This document shows positions 1 through 10,978 of a stretch of 42,445 nucleotides of DNA, piece after piece. Position 1 is the stretch's first letter, and each line of letters starts with the position of its first letter. Under the pieces are notes generated by a model. It had not been told where the DNA came from, did no database searches, and worked only from the letters and a program-made list of their open reading frames with translations. Location: NCBI RefSeq assembly GCF_001194135.2, contig NC_068990.1, positions 45,026,931-45,069,375 on the forward strand, given 5' to 3'. The DNA is from Octopus bimaculoides (lineage: Eukaryota). The position numbers and the translations under genes are program-made.

Positions 1-290
1 TATAGAGAGAGATATCACATCATTAGTATTTTGTTGTGAAAGAGATTAACATCCTTTCCAGGAGGTGATTTCTCTTTGGTTTAATTTATATTATAAGAAA
101 CCTGAACTGGTGCTTCTGTTTCATGAAAAAGTTGACAACCTTCAAAAAATGATTCTAATATTTAACAGAAATAGTAGTTTTAATTATTTGTTTTTCTTAT
201 TTTCTTCAATTTGATAAAAGAATTGAATTGAATTGAATTGAAATATAGAATGGTAAATTGTACTACAAAATATTTAAAAGTGAAGTTTAA

Positions 291-530
291 CCCTTTTACT
301 GCAGAAATCAGATATATCCACTTAAAATTTCATTACCCTTAACTGCAGGAAGTAATTTTAGATACCAATCTATCTTTGTTAATGAATATCATGTTTGAAG
401 CTAATTTTTGTTGAGATATGTCAAGTCTATTGAGGCAACATGACTTGCAGAAAATACCAATTCTAGTGTTTAGTAGATATTTAACATCATTACCGAAATA
501 ACCATGAAATTTAATTTTGTAATTAAAGGA
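291..530. mobile_element. Degenerate piggyBac-type MITE
   Basis: TTAA-cccttt at 287-296 and aaagga-TTAA at 525-534. Confidence 0.45.
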
Positions 531-675
531 TTAAAAACAAAGTAAAGTACAAAAGTAATATAAATTTTAAAAATATTTCCTAGATTAATATTTAAACTTC
601 CAAATACAAAAGGAAAAAATGAATACAGAACTTTAGTTCACATTGCCATTTCTATATGCTTTTAAATTATACATG

Positions 676-890
676 TGTGCTGGTGTCACTTAAGACGCAT
701 CTATGGTGGTTCCACATAAAAAGCACCCAGTACACTCCGTGGCGTGAGTGGCATTAGGAAGGGAATCCAGCTGTAGAAACCAAGCCAAAACAGACTATGG
801 AACCTGGAGTAGCCCCTGACCATGCCAGTTCCTATCAAGCCATCTAACCCATGCCAGCATGGAAAACAGACATTAAGTGATGATGATGAT
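676..890 (+). repeat. RTE-tail repeat (short copy)
   Basis: cacataaaaagcacccagtacact...ggcattaggaaggg...aacccatgccagcatggaaaacagacattaagtgatgatgatgat. Confidence 0.85.
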
Positions 891-1039
891 CTCATTTTTC
901 TTTTAAATTTTTATGCAATGAAATACAATGTTAGGAAATGCAAAGAATTTGTCCCTACGAGCTAAGCCTTCGTAGACGATTATCATGAACTGGTTGCTGT
1001 TCCACATTTGATAGACTCGAGGCTCGTTTTGGAATAGTT

Positions 1040-1113
1040 TCATGGTGAAATGGATTCGGATGGGAAGCTTTTCGATGTGTTGCCATTCTCTTTTTTGGGT
1101 GTCAAATTGAGAT
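1040..1113 (-). CDS. Candidate terminal exon of an unidentified minus-strand gene
   Basis: Strong acceptor ttcttttatttttctatttcAG (1115-1114). Phase-1 frame xLNLTPKKENGNTSKSFPSESISP*. CpG-rich relative to flanks. Confidence 0.45.
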
Positions 1114-1559
1114 CTGAAATAGAAAAATAAAAGAATTACAGGAAATCAAAATAATACAAATATACGTACATATACACATATATAAGCTACCATATTTGAT
1201 GGCACTTTTTTTTTTATAAATGTCCCCAAAAGTCACCCCATGTCTGATATGCAAACTACGGCTTTTATAAACTTTAATGCAATACAAACTGTTACTCTGA
1301 ATATGCGGTACTGAAATTGGGGTGCATCTTCTACGCATCTTTTACACCATCAAAAATATTATGTTGGATGGTACCTGCACACACATGCACCATGCCATTC
1401 TGAAGTATCTTGGAAAGAACATCCAAACTATCAGACACCATACAGAAAGAAGAGATTGCTATGGGAAAAGCAAAGAGGAACTGATTACTACTATTTCATA
1501 AGAGTTAAAATTTCACTGATTACTTTGCAAAGACATATGTTGTTAACAGATGTGCCTGG

Positions 1560-2070
1560 ATGTTATTGAGAAGTGCCATCAAAGATAGAAATGGGTGAAA
1601 TAATAAGTCTTAGTTGCTCACATTTGAGAATCTAGCAGGAAAATGTAATGATGATTGCTTCTAATAGAACCCAATGGAGGAGTTACTGCCCAGGAATAGT
1701 AGCTGGAGAAAACGAATAGATGGATCAGTCATGAAAGTTAGAGTGAGTTGAACCTAATGACTTATTGATTAGTCAGGAGTGAGGAAAGGGTAATATCAAT
1801 GGGGTTTTTAAGTCCTCTTAGTCTAGTGAGTTTGTTGAACTGTAGAAGTTTTTAGTTGATTTCTGTAGCAACTGTGTCTTTGTGTTGTTGAACGAAACTA
1901 AGTTGTTATGACTATTGGACAGCATTTCCAAGGTATCTATTTAAAGAAGTAGTGCACATCTGTATTGTGGCGTCTAGGCAGCATAAGGAAAGTTAAGGTG
2001 TAATGAATGATGAAACCGTTAGAATGTGTATGGTAAGAAGTAAGAGTGATTGTGTAATTAATGTATAGAA
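1560..2070 (-). mobile_element. CR1/L2-like LINE RT fragment, degraded
   Basis: Minus strand reads NLVSFNNTKTQLL and a degenerate YADDAT (tatgctgcctagacgccaca). Confidence 0.5.
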
Positions 2071-2240
2071 ACAATAGTTACTCATACAGAACACTACATT
2101 AACTCACTTCTCATATCTTTTCTGTTACATTTATCCAAAACTAATCTCATTCTAAGAAATTGACCCCAGGACTTATTCTTTGTAAGCCTAATACTTATTC
2201 TATCAGTAACTTTTTCCAGGATATATGAATCAAATATGAA

Positions 2241-2536
2241 TAACAAAGAAGTACAATTCATTATAGCTGTTTCCAGTAACTCCTTTAATTGATTAATCAG
2301 AACATTACATCATTGCAAAGAAACCATTTTCATCAGATGAATTCATGATCTTCAAACATAAAGGACAGTTCAACTTATTCAACTGTGAATTTGTTAACTC
2401 TGTTGAATAAGTTGAACTGTCGTTTATGTTTGAAGATCATGAATAGTTTCTTTGCAATGATGTAATGTTCTCATTAATCAATTAAAGGAGTTGTTGGAAA
2501 CGGCTGTAATGAATTGACACGTATACCGCTTTGTTA
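2241..2536. mobile_element. Palindromic MITE (near-perfect ~130-bp arms)
   Basis: caattcattatagctgtttcc...ttcaacttattcaac vs gttgaataagttgaa...ggaaacggctgtaatgaattg (2254-2516), extended by taacaaag/ctttgtta. Confidence 0.85.
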
Positions 2537-2820
2537 CTAACTTATATATATATATATATTTATATATATCTGCATACATATATATGCAAGTGTATGTATG
2601 TGTGTGTATGTGTGTGTGTGTGTGTGTGTGTGTATGTATGCATATATATATATATATATATATATATGAACAACAGTTTGCAATGTTTCATCAAAAAGGA
2701 GAATGACAAATTTCACTAAATTTGACTAGGGTGTTAGGAAACACCTACATTACTAGAAATAAGAGCTAAACCACTCTAACATTGTAGTTAACGCACATGA
2801 ATAAAAACATATACACTAAC

Positions 2821-2835
2821 AGGGATCATAATCAT
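2821..2835 (-). CDS. Candidate 15-nt microexon (DDYDP)
   Basis: gacacttttcAG|ATGATTATGATCCCT|GTTAGT; phase 1 to phase 1, frame-preserving between the 5068 and 1113 exons. Confidence 0.35.
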
Positions 2836-2969
2836 CTGAAAAGTGTCAATCAAGACTTCTTAATACTGACACGTCAGTTTTGGCAATTTCTGTAGTCTCA
2901 TCAGTTAAGACAGCTCAATTGCCCGGCTCTTACAAGAGTCTCTAATTTATGTATATATATATATATATA

Positions 2970-3357
2970 GATGTTGAGCCTCACAGAGATGACAAGGGAC
3001 CAAGATGGCTGCCAGTTTGCTGTGCTTGAGAAGACATGTCAAGCTATGTAAAACCATGGCTATTCATACATATGGGCATGTCATCTATATCCCTCTCTTA
3101 GCCAAGAGATCCTAAGCTCGTAGGCTTGTGAATGCTGGTGCCATGTAAAAGTGCCATGTACAAAGCACTCATGCCAGTTCCACATAAAAATGTCTATGCC
3201 AGTGCCACATTAAAAGCACCCAGTATACTCTGCAAAGTGGTTGACATTAGGAAGGGCATCCAGCCATAGAAACCATGCCAAAACCGACAAACAGAGCCTG
3301 CACAGCTCTCTAGCTGGCTAGCTCCTGTAAAATCGTCCAACCCATGCCAGCATGGAA
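2970..3357 (+). repeat. RTE-tail repeat
   Basis: Same motifs, ending aacccatgccagcatggaa. Confidence 0.8.
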
Positions 3358-4350
3358 TTTGAGAAAATCAATTTTCCATCTATCTGTAGACTTTATGGTT
3401 CCCATGCACCTTCCACATACAAACTCTACCTTCTCTGTTAACCTTCCTATTATTCCACTTCATGCATCCATAGCTTGCACTGGGTACACTGTATGGAATT
3501 CCTGCCTACACTTTTCTGACATATGAAGTAGGGCCATTTACCTGAAAGCAGGGTAGGGTTTTGTCTGTTTTCTTGCATACTAGAATCTTGGTCTTTGCTA
3601 AGTTAACTTTAGCCAAATACTTAACCTACAGTTTTCTAACTATAAAGATAGTGTCAGTAGTGCTTCTCCCCAGTACAAAGCAAAACTCATTTCATCTAAT
3701 CTGATTCTGTTCCTAATCAACTGGGCTATAACTCTTTCTGCAACTTTCATGACTTGGTCCAGCAATTTTATACCTCCTATAATTACTTCTATCTGAGGAA
3801 TATCCCTTACCCTTGTAGTGGCTGACTATAATGCTTGCTACACCAGTCATTGGGGATTAACTGTACAGATGATTAGACCATATCCTACTCTGCTAGATAT
3901 TTTAAGCATTTCAGTAGTAACACTCAATGGAGTGGGGATTTTCCCTCTCTTTATAGCCTTAATAACCTAATCTATCATACTGCTGTTGACTTGAATAGCT
4001 GGTCCCTCTATTGGTTCATGTAGGAGAGGCTCTCTTTCTCCCATTCATACTCCACATTTAATAGCCTTTCATAGAGGCACTTCCATGCCTCTTTCTTTTT
4101 AGAGTCACTAAGTACAAACATACCACTATCCATCCATGCACATTTCTCCCCAACAACATCTCGATTTTCTCTGTTACACTGTCTAGTGATCTGGAAAACC
4201 TCAAGTCTCTGATCACCACAGTGTAAGACATTAGTAAACCTATTCCTTTCTGCTTCTGCCCTTGCTAGGTAAACCTGTTGCCTAGCCTCCTACTTAGCTA
4301 CCTGATATAGCTCTCTGCTGCCTCCATTTCTTCAGTCTTTCCAAGCCTCT
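3358..4350 (-). mobile_element. RTE LINE RT fragment, degraded
   Basis: Colinear similarity to parts of the 35091-38240 LINE (zinc-finger region, NYRGIKLLDQVMKV region, GPAIQV region). Confidence 0.85.
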
Positions 4351-4359
4351 TCCCTGAGA

Positions 4360-4865
4360 GCCTCAAGCTGAACACCGACAGCTACATCCATGCCCTGAGC
4401 AAGGTGGTGAAGCCCTGGATCAACTGGGTAGCTGCAGGGAGGCCATACATTTGACAGCAAGACTCTTCACCCTACCACATCAGCCACAAGATCCAGGCCT
4501 TCGATCACACAACACCTCACATTTGGCCTCCCAACTCACCTGACTGCAACCCCCTTGATTTCTTTGTGTGGGGTGCAGTGGAAATAGAGACCAACAAATC
4601 CAGCTGCAACACAAAGGGTGAGCTGAGAGCCAGGATTACCAGGGCCTTCAGGGGCCTAAAACAGGAGATAGTGACAAAGGCCTGCGGCTGGTTCCAAGGT
4701 CACCTGGAGGCTGTCATCAAGGCCAAAGATGGGTTCATCAAGTGAGATTAACAGATGCCATGAAAACAAATAGTCACAAATTTGAATATATCTCAAAAAA
4801 TAAAAATGTTTTATTTTTTTCCTGAGACAGTCATTATGCGAGCAAATACTCTACCCACCCAATAT
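4360..4865 (+). mobile_element. Tc1/mariner transposase C-terminal fragment with probable right end
   Basis: QQDSSPYH and WPPNSPDCNPLDFFVWGAVE, ending LEAVIKAKDGFIK*. Probable TIR remnant ctctacccaccc near 4850-4860. Confidence 0.85.
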
Positions 4866-5067
4866 ATACAGAGACATACATCCTGCCTTCCCATGCTATT
4901 TTGTTAGATGTTTATCATGCCCTCTCATGCTGTTTTATCACACATTTGTCAGTTCCATTTTTAGAAGTTTCACTTTTTTTTTAGAAGTTGCAACCATGTG
5001 ACTTGTTAGTTCACAATGTACCTTCCCATCCCACACCTATACAGGAAGTCTTTCTCTTGGAACCTAC

Positions 5068-5153
5068 CTTCTATATCAGAAACCTGTACAGAAAGCTTTC
5101 TTCCACCTCCCGTTGACATCAGACCATTCGCAGCAACAGTAGTACTACCACTA
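5068..5153 (-). CDS. Candidate 86-nt internal exon (SGSTTVAANGLMSTGGGRKLSVQVSDIE)
   Basis: tttttatgttattgtAG acceptor (tandem TAGTAG) and AAG|GTAGGT donor. Open frame, phase 2 to phase 1. Confidence 0.45.
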
Positions 5154-5308
5154 CTACAATAACATAAAAACAGCATTGCTAGCTTACTAGCATCAGAGAT
5201 ATGACAAGTATGCATGCCAATGGGCCAATTATCTTATCTTGTATACTACATCCTCCTCTTCTGGTAGATGTGGTAAGTAGAGTTAATTATCAGTGCTATT
5301 TCATCCTT

Positions 5309-6411
5309 GGGATCTTTTCCTTTTGGCCGGCACATAGAAAAATAAATTTTTTGTAACTAAACATTTAAATTTCATATACTGATAGAATGTATCATTTAAA
5401 ACATCATTTACTCTTGGCGTTTTTAAGAAAATTCTTCATTTCCAAAGTTATTTCGTGTTAAAGTTGTCGTATTTCGGTAATTTCAACCAATCAATNNNNN
5501 NNNNNNNNNNNNNNNNNNNNNNNNNNNNNNNNNNNNNNNNNNNNNNNNNNNNNNNNNNNNNNNNNNNNNNNNNNNNNNNNNNNNNNNNNNNNNNNNNNNN
5601 NNNNNNNNNNNNNNNNNNNNNNNNNNNNNNNNNNNNNNNNNNNNNNNNNNNNNNNNNNNNNNNNNNNNNNNNNNNNNNNNNNNNNNNNNNNNNNNNNNNN
5701 NNNNNNNNNNNNNNNNNNNNNNNNNNNNNNNNNNNNNNNNNNNNNNNNNNNNNNNNNNNNNNNNNNNNNNNNNNNNNNNNNNNNNNNNNNNNNNNNNNNN
5801 NNNNNNNNNNNNNNNNNNNNNNNNNNNNNNNNNNNNNNNNNNNNNNNNNNNNNNNNNNNNNNNNNNNNNNNNNNNNNNNNNNNNNNNNNNNNNNNNNNNN
5901 NNNNNNNNNNNNNNNNNNNNNNNNNNNNNNNNNNNNNNNNNNNNNNNNNNNNNNNNNNNNNNNNNNNNNNNNNNNNNNNNNNNNNNNNNNNNNNNNNNNN
6001 NNNNNNNNNNNNNNNNNNNNNNNNNNNNNNNNNNNNNNNNNNNNNNNNNNNNNNNNNNNNNNNNNNNNNNNNNNNNNNNNNNNNNNNNNNNNNNNNNNNN
6101 NNNNNNNNNNNNNNTATCTCAAATGTAAATATATCAGAAATAACAGTGACAAGTACATTTACACCGCCAGAACGTCTTGTTGACAAACCACAGCAGTAAT
6201 TGTTTTCACCTTAATAGACGTCATTGATTGGTTGAAATTACCAAAATACGACAACTTTAATACAAAATAACTTCGAAAACGAAGAATTTTCTTAAAAACG
6301 CCAAGAGTAAATGATGTTTTAAATGATACATTCTACCAGTATACGAAATTTGAAAGTGTTTAGTTACAAAATATTATTTTTTCTATGTGCCGACCAAAAG
6401 AAAAACATCCC
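5309..6411. mobile_element. Foldback/MITE-like element with ~190-bp TIRs and 6-bp TSD, containing an assembly gap
   Basis: 5309-5495 is the reverse complement of about 6225-6411 (ggtaatttcaaccaatcaat / attgattggttgaaattacc). Termini GGGAT...ATCCC. ATCCTT flanks both sides (5303-5308, 6412-6417). Confidence 0.85.
5496..6114. other. Assembly gap (N run)
   Basis: 619 N. Confidence 1.
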
Positions 6412-6442
6412 ATCCTTGTATAAACAATAGTGTATATCTCAC

Positions 6443-6486
6443 CCTCTTCTTCTGGTTGATGCAGCAGGTGTAAAGTGTAAGATAAC
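6443..6486 (-). CDS. Candidate 44-nt exon (VILHFTPAASTRRRG)
   Basis: ttcatgtAG acceptor (weak tract) and AGG|GTGAGA donor. Phase 0 to phase 2, compatible with the 5153 exon. Confidence 0.3.
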
Positions 6487-6574
6487 CTACATGAACTTAT
6501 ATATGTCTGGCAAATGTCAATGCAAACCTTTTAGATGCAGAATGCTGTCCCTCATCCACCTGTTCCCTCCCTTA

Positions 6575-7007
6575 CCCTTAGAGAAAGGACAAACTGAAAG
6601 GTAGGTCTGGTGAGATTGTCAAGATACTGGAGTGAAGGCATGTAGGCATGTTGCATTCAAGAAATAAGGTGGAGGGGACCTTCTTCTGTGTAGGTAATAG
6701 TGATAGGATTGGTGGTGTAAGTATACTTCTTGTTGAGAAATGGGTTGATAAGGCAGTCAGAGTGTGTGAGAGGATACTTAAGCTTAAACTAATTTTACAA
6801 AGTGGAACAGCAACTATTATTTTTGTCCTGTCTGCACTTTTCAACCGGAGTGTCAGATGATGAGGAAGATTGACTTTATGACACCCTTTTGCAGACTACC
6901 TCATCAACAAATGACAGTGATCTTCTCTTCATGGATTGTGACTTCAATGAACATATTGGGCAACATCCAGGTGGCTTTTATGGGTTGCATAGAGGGTATG
7001 GAGTCAG
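6575..7007 (+). mobile_element. RTE LINE endonuclease fragment
   Basis: CIQEIRWR, GGVSILLVEKWVDKAVRV...ILKLKLILQ and DFNEHIGQHPGGFYGLHRGYG are APE domain motifs. Confidence 0.85.
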
Positions 7008-7321
7008 AATATATATATATATAAAAATACAAACATATATTTACATATATATATATATATATATACAGACATACACACATATATACATACATGCACACAC
7101 ACATATACATTGACAGATAAACAAGATCTATGCCAATTTTTCAGACACTGATGGTTCAGATCCTCTTATGATCTATACTAATTTACAAGCAGGAACTTCA
7201 AATTCTTGCAGCTGCCACACTAGTATACTGGGTGACCCACAGATCATGTTAACAATGCACTTGCCAGTAGTTGATACTTCAAGATATTTTTAGTCTATTT
7301 TGCTTAAATTTAACCCTAGCT

Positions 7322-8945
7322 TTGGCTTCTAAGAGAGATGAGGTGGACACCAGTGGTGTCCATATCAATTTAAGAGAAAAATGAACTGTTAAAAAAACTG
7401 GACTATAATGCTTCAATAAGATTTGTGGAAATTATGGTTTTGGTAAATCAATTGTTTATGATGAAAGAAGCAAAGGGGAAAACTATTGAAATTATATACA
7501 AACAGTGATTCCAAGAAATGAAAGTGCATTAGAAAAACAATGAAATTTAGTAAGAGTAGTGAGTCCAATTGAGTGACGATGGAATGGTTTTGACAAAAGT
7601 GGAGTGATTGAGTGGAATTATCAGGTATGATAATAATGGAGCAGGTTCAGTTATTCCATGAGTGTGATCATAGTGAAGGATAACTTCAGAGGTTCAAGAA
7701 GCATAATGTAATTTTCTTCAATAAAGTGTGAAGAAAAGCAGTCTGCAAGCCATGAAGGATCTACGGAGTATGTGAATGAATTTGTGAAGCTCATACCTGA
7801 TGAATACTTCAGTCTTGAGCAGGTATATAATGCAGATGAAACTGTATTATAATGGCAATGCACTCTTAGGAAAGCATTAAGAATTAAAGATGAAGAAGCA
7901 CCTGCAGAACTCAATCTAAGGACAGATTTACCATCATAGGGTGCTCAAATGAAGCAGGTACACACAGATGAAAACCTTTGTTGAGAGAAAAAAGAAAATG
8001 TCCTTAGGCCTTGAAAGGTGTCACAATTTATGCAGTAACATACTACATAAATAAAAATGGTTGGATTACAATCAAGACTACCATAGAATGGTTTGAAAAA
8101 ATTTCTGTACCAGAAGCCAGAGCACTCTGCAGCTATAGACCTGCTAAATGATTGCAAAACTCTTATTCTGGACAACTGTTCACCATACTCCAAAGATGAA
8201 ACTCTGTGTAAGAAAAATGTTTATTTACCACCCAACTGTATGTCACTTGTCCAACAACAAGACCAAAAAACTGCACTCTCTAAAAGTTAACTATCACTCA
8301 ATTTTCATTAAACATATATTAGATGCAATGAATATCGGCAAGTCTGTACCAACAGTTATTAAAGAATTTAATGAGGAAGATGTTCTTTGGTTCATTACTA
8401 AAGCATGAGAGAATATGGAAACATCTATGCTAAAGAAAGCCTGCTTTAATGCTTGAGAATGCACCTAATAAAAATGATAATGATTTTTTTAAGTTTTCAT
8501 ATATCAAACAAAAAACTGTGGTTCACAAGTTGCAGGAGTATGCAAAAAATACTAGTAGGACCAAGGATGTACCAAATAATCTTAATGAAGAAAATATGGC
8601 CGAGTAGATGAATATCAACAAAGGAACACCTGTTGTACATCACTTTTCAGACTTAGAAATGATAAATGCTGTTCTACCTCCTGACAAAAATATAGAAAGT
8701 GATAAAGACGACAACGATGTAGATGAAACAGACGCAGTTAAAAGACTCTCCTGTGATAAGTTAAATGAGTTGGTGAGTGAAATAATCAGGGGGCTAGAGC
8801 AATTCAGTGCCTTTATAGAACTAAAACTATGATATTTGCACTTATTGCATGAAAAATTACACTAGAAAAGATCAAAACAGAAGAAGCAACTTTGCTTGGA
8901 TAAAATACTTAAAAAGATAGCCAAAAAGAATGTGAACAGTAATTA
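7322..8945 (+). pseudogene. pogo/Tigger (TIGD/Jerky-like) transposase pseudogene
   Basis: Fragments (M)ASKRDEV... (psq-type HTH), ELIPDEYFSLEQVYNADET, LILDNC and YLPPNCMSLVQ are DDE_1 motifs. Many stops and frameshifts. Possible degenerate ends near 7140 and 9530. Confidence 0.88.
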
Positions 8946-9082
8946 GTAAATTTGCATTTAATTTGTTAAATAATCTTGTTTAATTAATCCTGTTTCACAG
9001 TACTTTACAAATTAGAGCATTAATAAACTTGTAACATTTATACTAAGTACTTGCATTTCATCTAATTATTGAAGTAAATTTA

Positions 9083-9436
9083 GGTGCAGACGTAGCTGTG
9101 TGGTAAGAAGCTTGCTTCCCAACCACATGGTTCTGGGTTCAGTCTCGCTGCATGACACCTTGGGCAAGTGTATTCTACTATAGCCTCAGGCCAATTGAAG
9201 CAGAAACTAACAGAAATCCAATCCATTGTATATATATATATAGTATATATATAAATGTGTGTGTGTGTCTGTTGGTGTGTTTACATCCCCATAACTTAAC
9301 AGTTTGGCAAAAGAGACCAATAGAATAAGTACGAGGCATTAAAAAAAGAAGTCTTGGAGTCAATTTGTATGACTAAAACCCTTGAAGTTAGTGCTCCAGC
9401 ATGGCCGCAGTCAAATGACTGAAGCAAGCAAAAGAA
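9083..9436 (+). mobile_element. tRNA-derived SINE, second family (gtggtaagaagcttgcttcccaaccacatgg head)
   Basis: A/B-box-like head, internal microsatellite and cagcatggccgcagtcaaatgactgaa tail; several paralogs in the window. Confidence 0.85.
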
Positions 9437-9556
9437 TTGTTTTTAATTTACAGTGTGTCGACCAAGATAACTACCCCTGGTTTGGAAAAAATCAGTAATC
9501 AAGAAAGGTTTTAGAACCAAAGATTCTGAAAAATCAATGTAGTTGTACATAAATAT

Positions 9557-9898
9557 GGAACAGGAATGGCTGTGTGACAAAGATTACTTCATAATCATAT
9601 GGATTCAGGTTCAGTCCCACTGCATGGTACCTTAGGCAAGTGTCTTCTACTATGGCCTTCAGCTAACCAATTCCTTACAAGTGAATCTGGTATGTGTGTG
9701 TGTGTGTACATGCATCTCTTTGTGTTTGCCCCAACCCCCATCACTTCACAACAGTGTGAGTTTGTTTATGTGCCTGTAGCTTAACAGTTTGGCAAAAGAG
9801 GACAGAATAAGTAGCACACTTAAACAAATAAGTACTCTTCAGTCAATCTGATCAACCAAACTACTTCAAAGCACGCCCACAACCCAATGATTGAAGCA
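9557..9898 (+). mobile_element. SINE, second family
   Basis: Colinear with 9083-9436. Confidence 0.8.
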
Positions 9899-10060
9899 TA
9901 CATATATATATGTAGTGATTCAACTGCACCTTACGAACCGAGTTGACTGGCATAAGTTACAACTAATATATTATGCTCTATTTGTTCATATTTATTCTGT
10001 TATTTTGTTTGGGAAATATTTTTAGTTTACTGCATTTATGCTGTTATCCATAGGCCTCAG

Positions 10061-10228
10061 CACTAGTGTAGCTAGAGTGTGTGCTGCCCAGAGTGACCCT
10101 TCTGTTTGCCACCACTGGACCCTGCAAAAAATACATATTGCCTACAGCAATAACCTAAAACAGGATGAAAAGTGCTGCCCAGAGTGAACAGCTCCAACAC
10201 CCTCCCACCACCTCCAGCTATGCTAGTG
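10061..10228. mobile_element. hAT-type MITE, 168 bp
   Basis: TIRs cactagtgtagctagag / ctccagctatgctagtg. 8-bp TSD ggcctcag (10053-10060) / ggcgtcag (10229-10236), one mismatch. Confidence 0.85.
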
Positions 10229-10978
10229 GGCGTCAGTGGCATATTTAGAGGTGCCATCGGCATGGTTTTATTATATCTTGTGACTTGTGTGATTGAAGAT
10301 TTGATTGATACTAATCTTGTATAACAACAGATTTCAATATGCCGCCTATACGAGCGTAAAACATGTTCCATAGTATGTATATCTGGTCAGATAAGAAATC
10401 TTTGTAAGAATAGATAAGTTTTCTAGAATGTTTCTTTGTAATACAGATCTGATCTATATATCAAACATAAGTTGAAAAATATACTTATCTTTATGCAGTT
10501 CTTTCTTGATTTCCTATCATGCTATTTGTTCTTACTTATGAATACAGTAAATATACTTGTACAGCTTGTGTACAATAATGTCACGACTTTTTTTGACAAT
10601 TTCTAATAAATAAGCTAGTACTGTATTGTAATTTTTATTACGCAGATCATTTTGATGTCCGCCAATGTTCAAGTGACTGAGGGCTGCAGGTCGATGCTGC
10701 TAAATTCAGCCGACATGCAAGTCTGGGTATTCATGTCATGATTTGTTGCATGCTTTGTCTTTTCTTTACTGATGTTTGCGCCATACCCACCCTACCATTT
10801 TGTGTGAATAGCAAACTAATTTTTTTTATTTACTTTAATTAAAAAACTAATAAAATGTAAAGTGGTTTAATCAAACTCATTAATCACTTAATGACATTTT
10901 ACTTTTCTTCTTCTTTTTTCACGTATATCATTATCTGATTTTTTTTTTTTTTTGTCAGCACTTTAAACATTGTGCAGA

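Noticed and set aside
2531-2719. Short ORFs rich in YI/CV/HT/RE repeats (also 6889, 17153, 17591, 26417, 29570, 31751)
   Set aside because: Translations of (TA)n, (TG)n and (GA)n microsatellites.
2970-4350. Plus-strand RTE tail abutting a minus-strand RTE body, as a possible twin-priming inversion
   Set aside because: The order of segments is wrong for twin priming; independent insertions are simpler.
5448-6186. Three ~230-aa ORFs in the track
   Set aside because: Artefacts of the 619-N gap.
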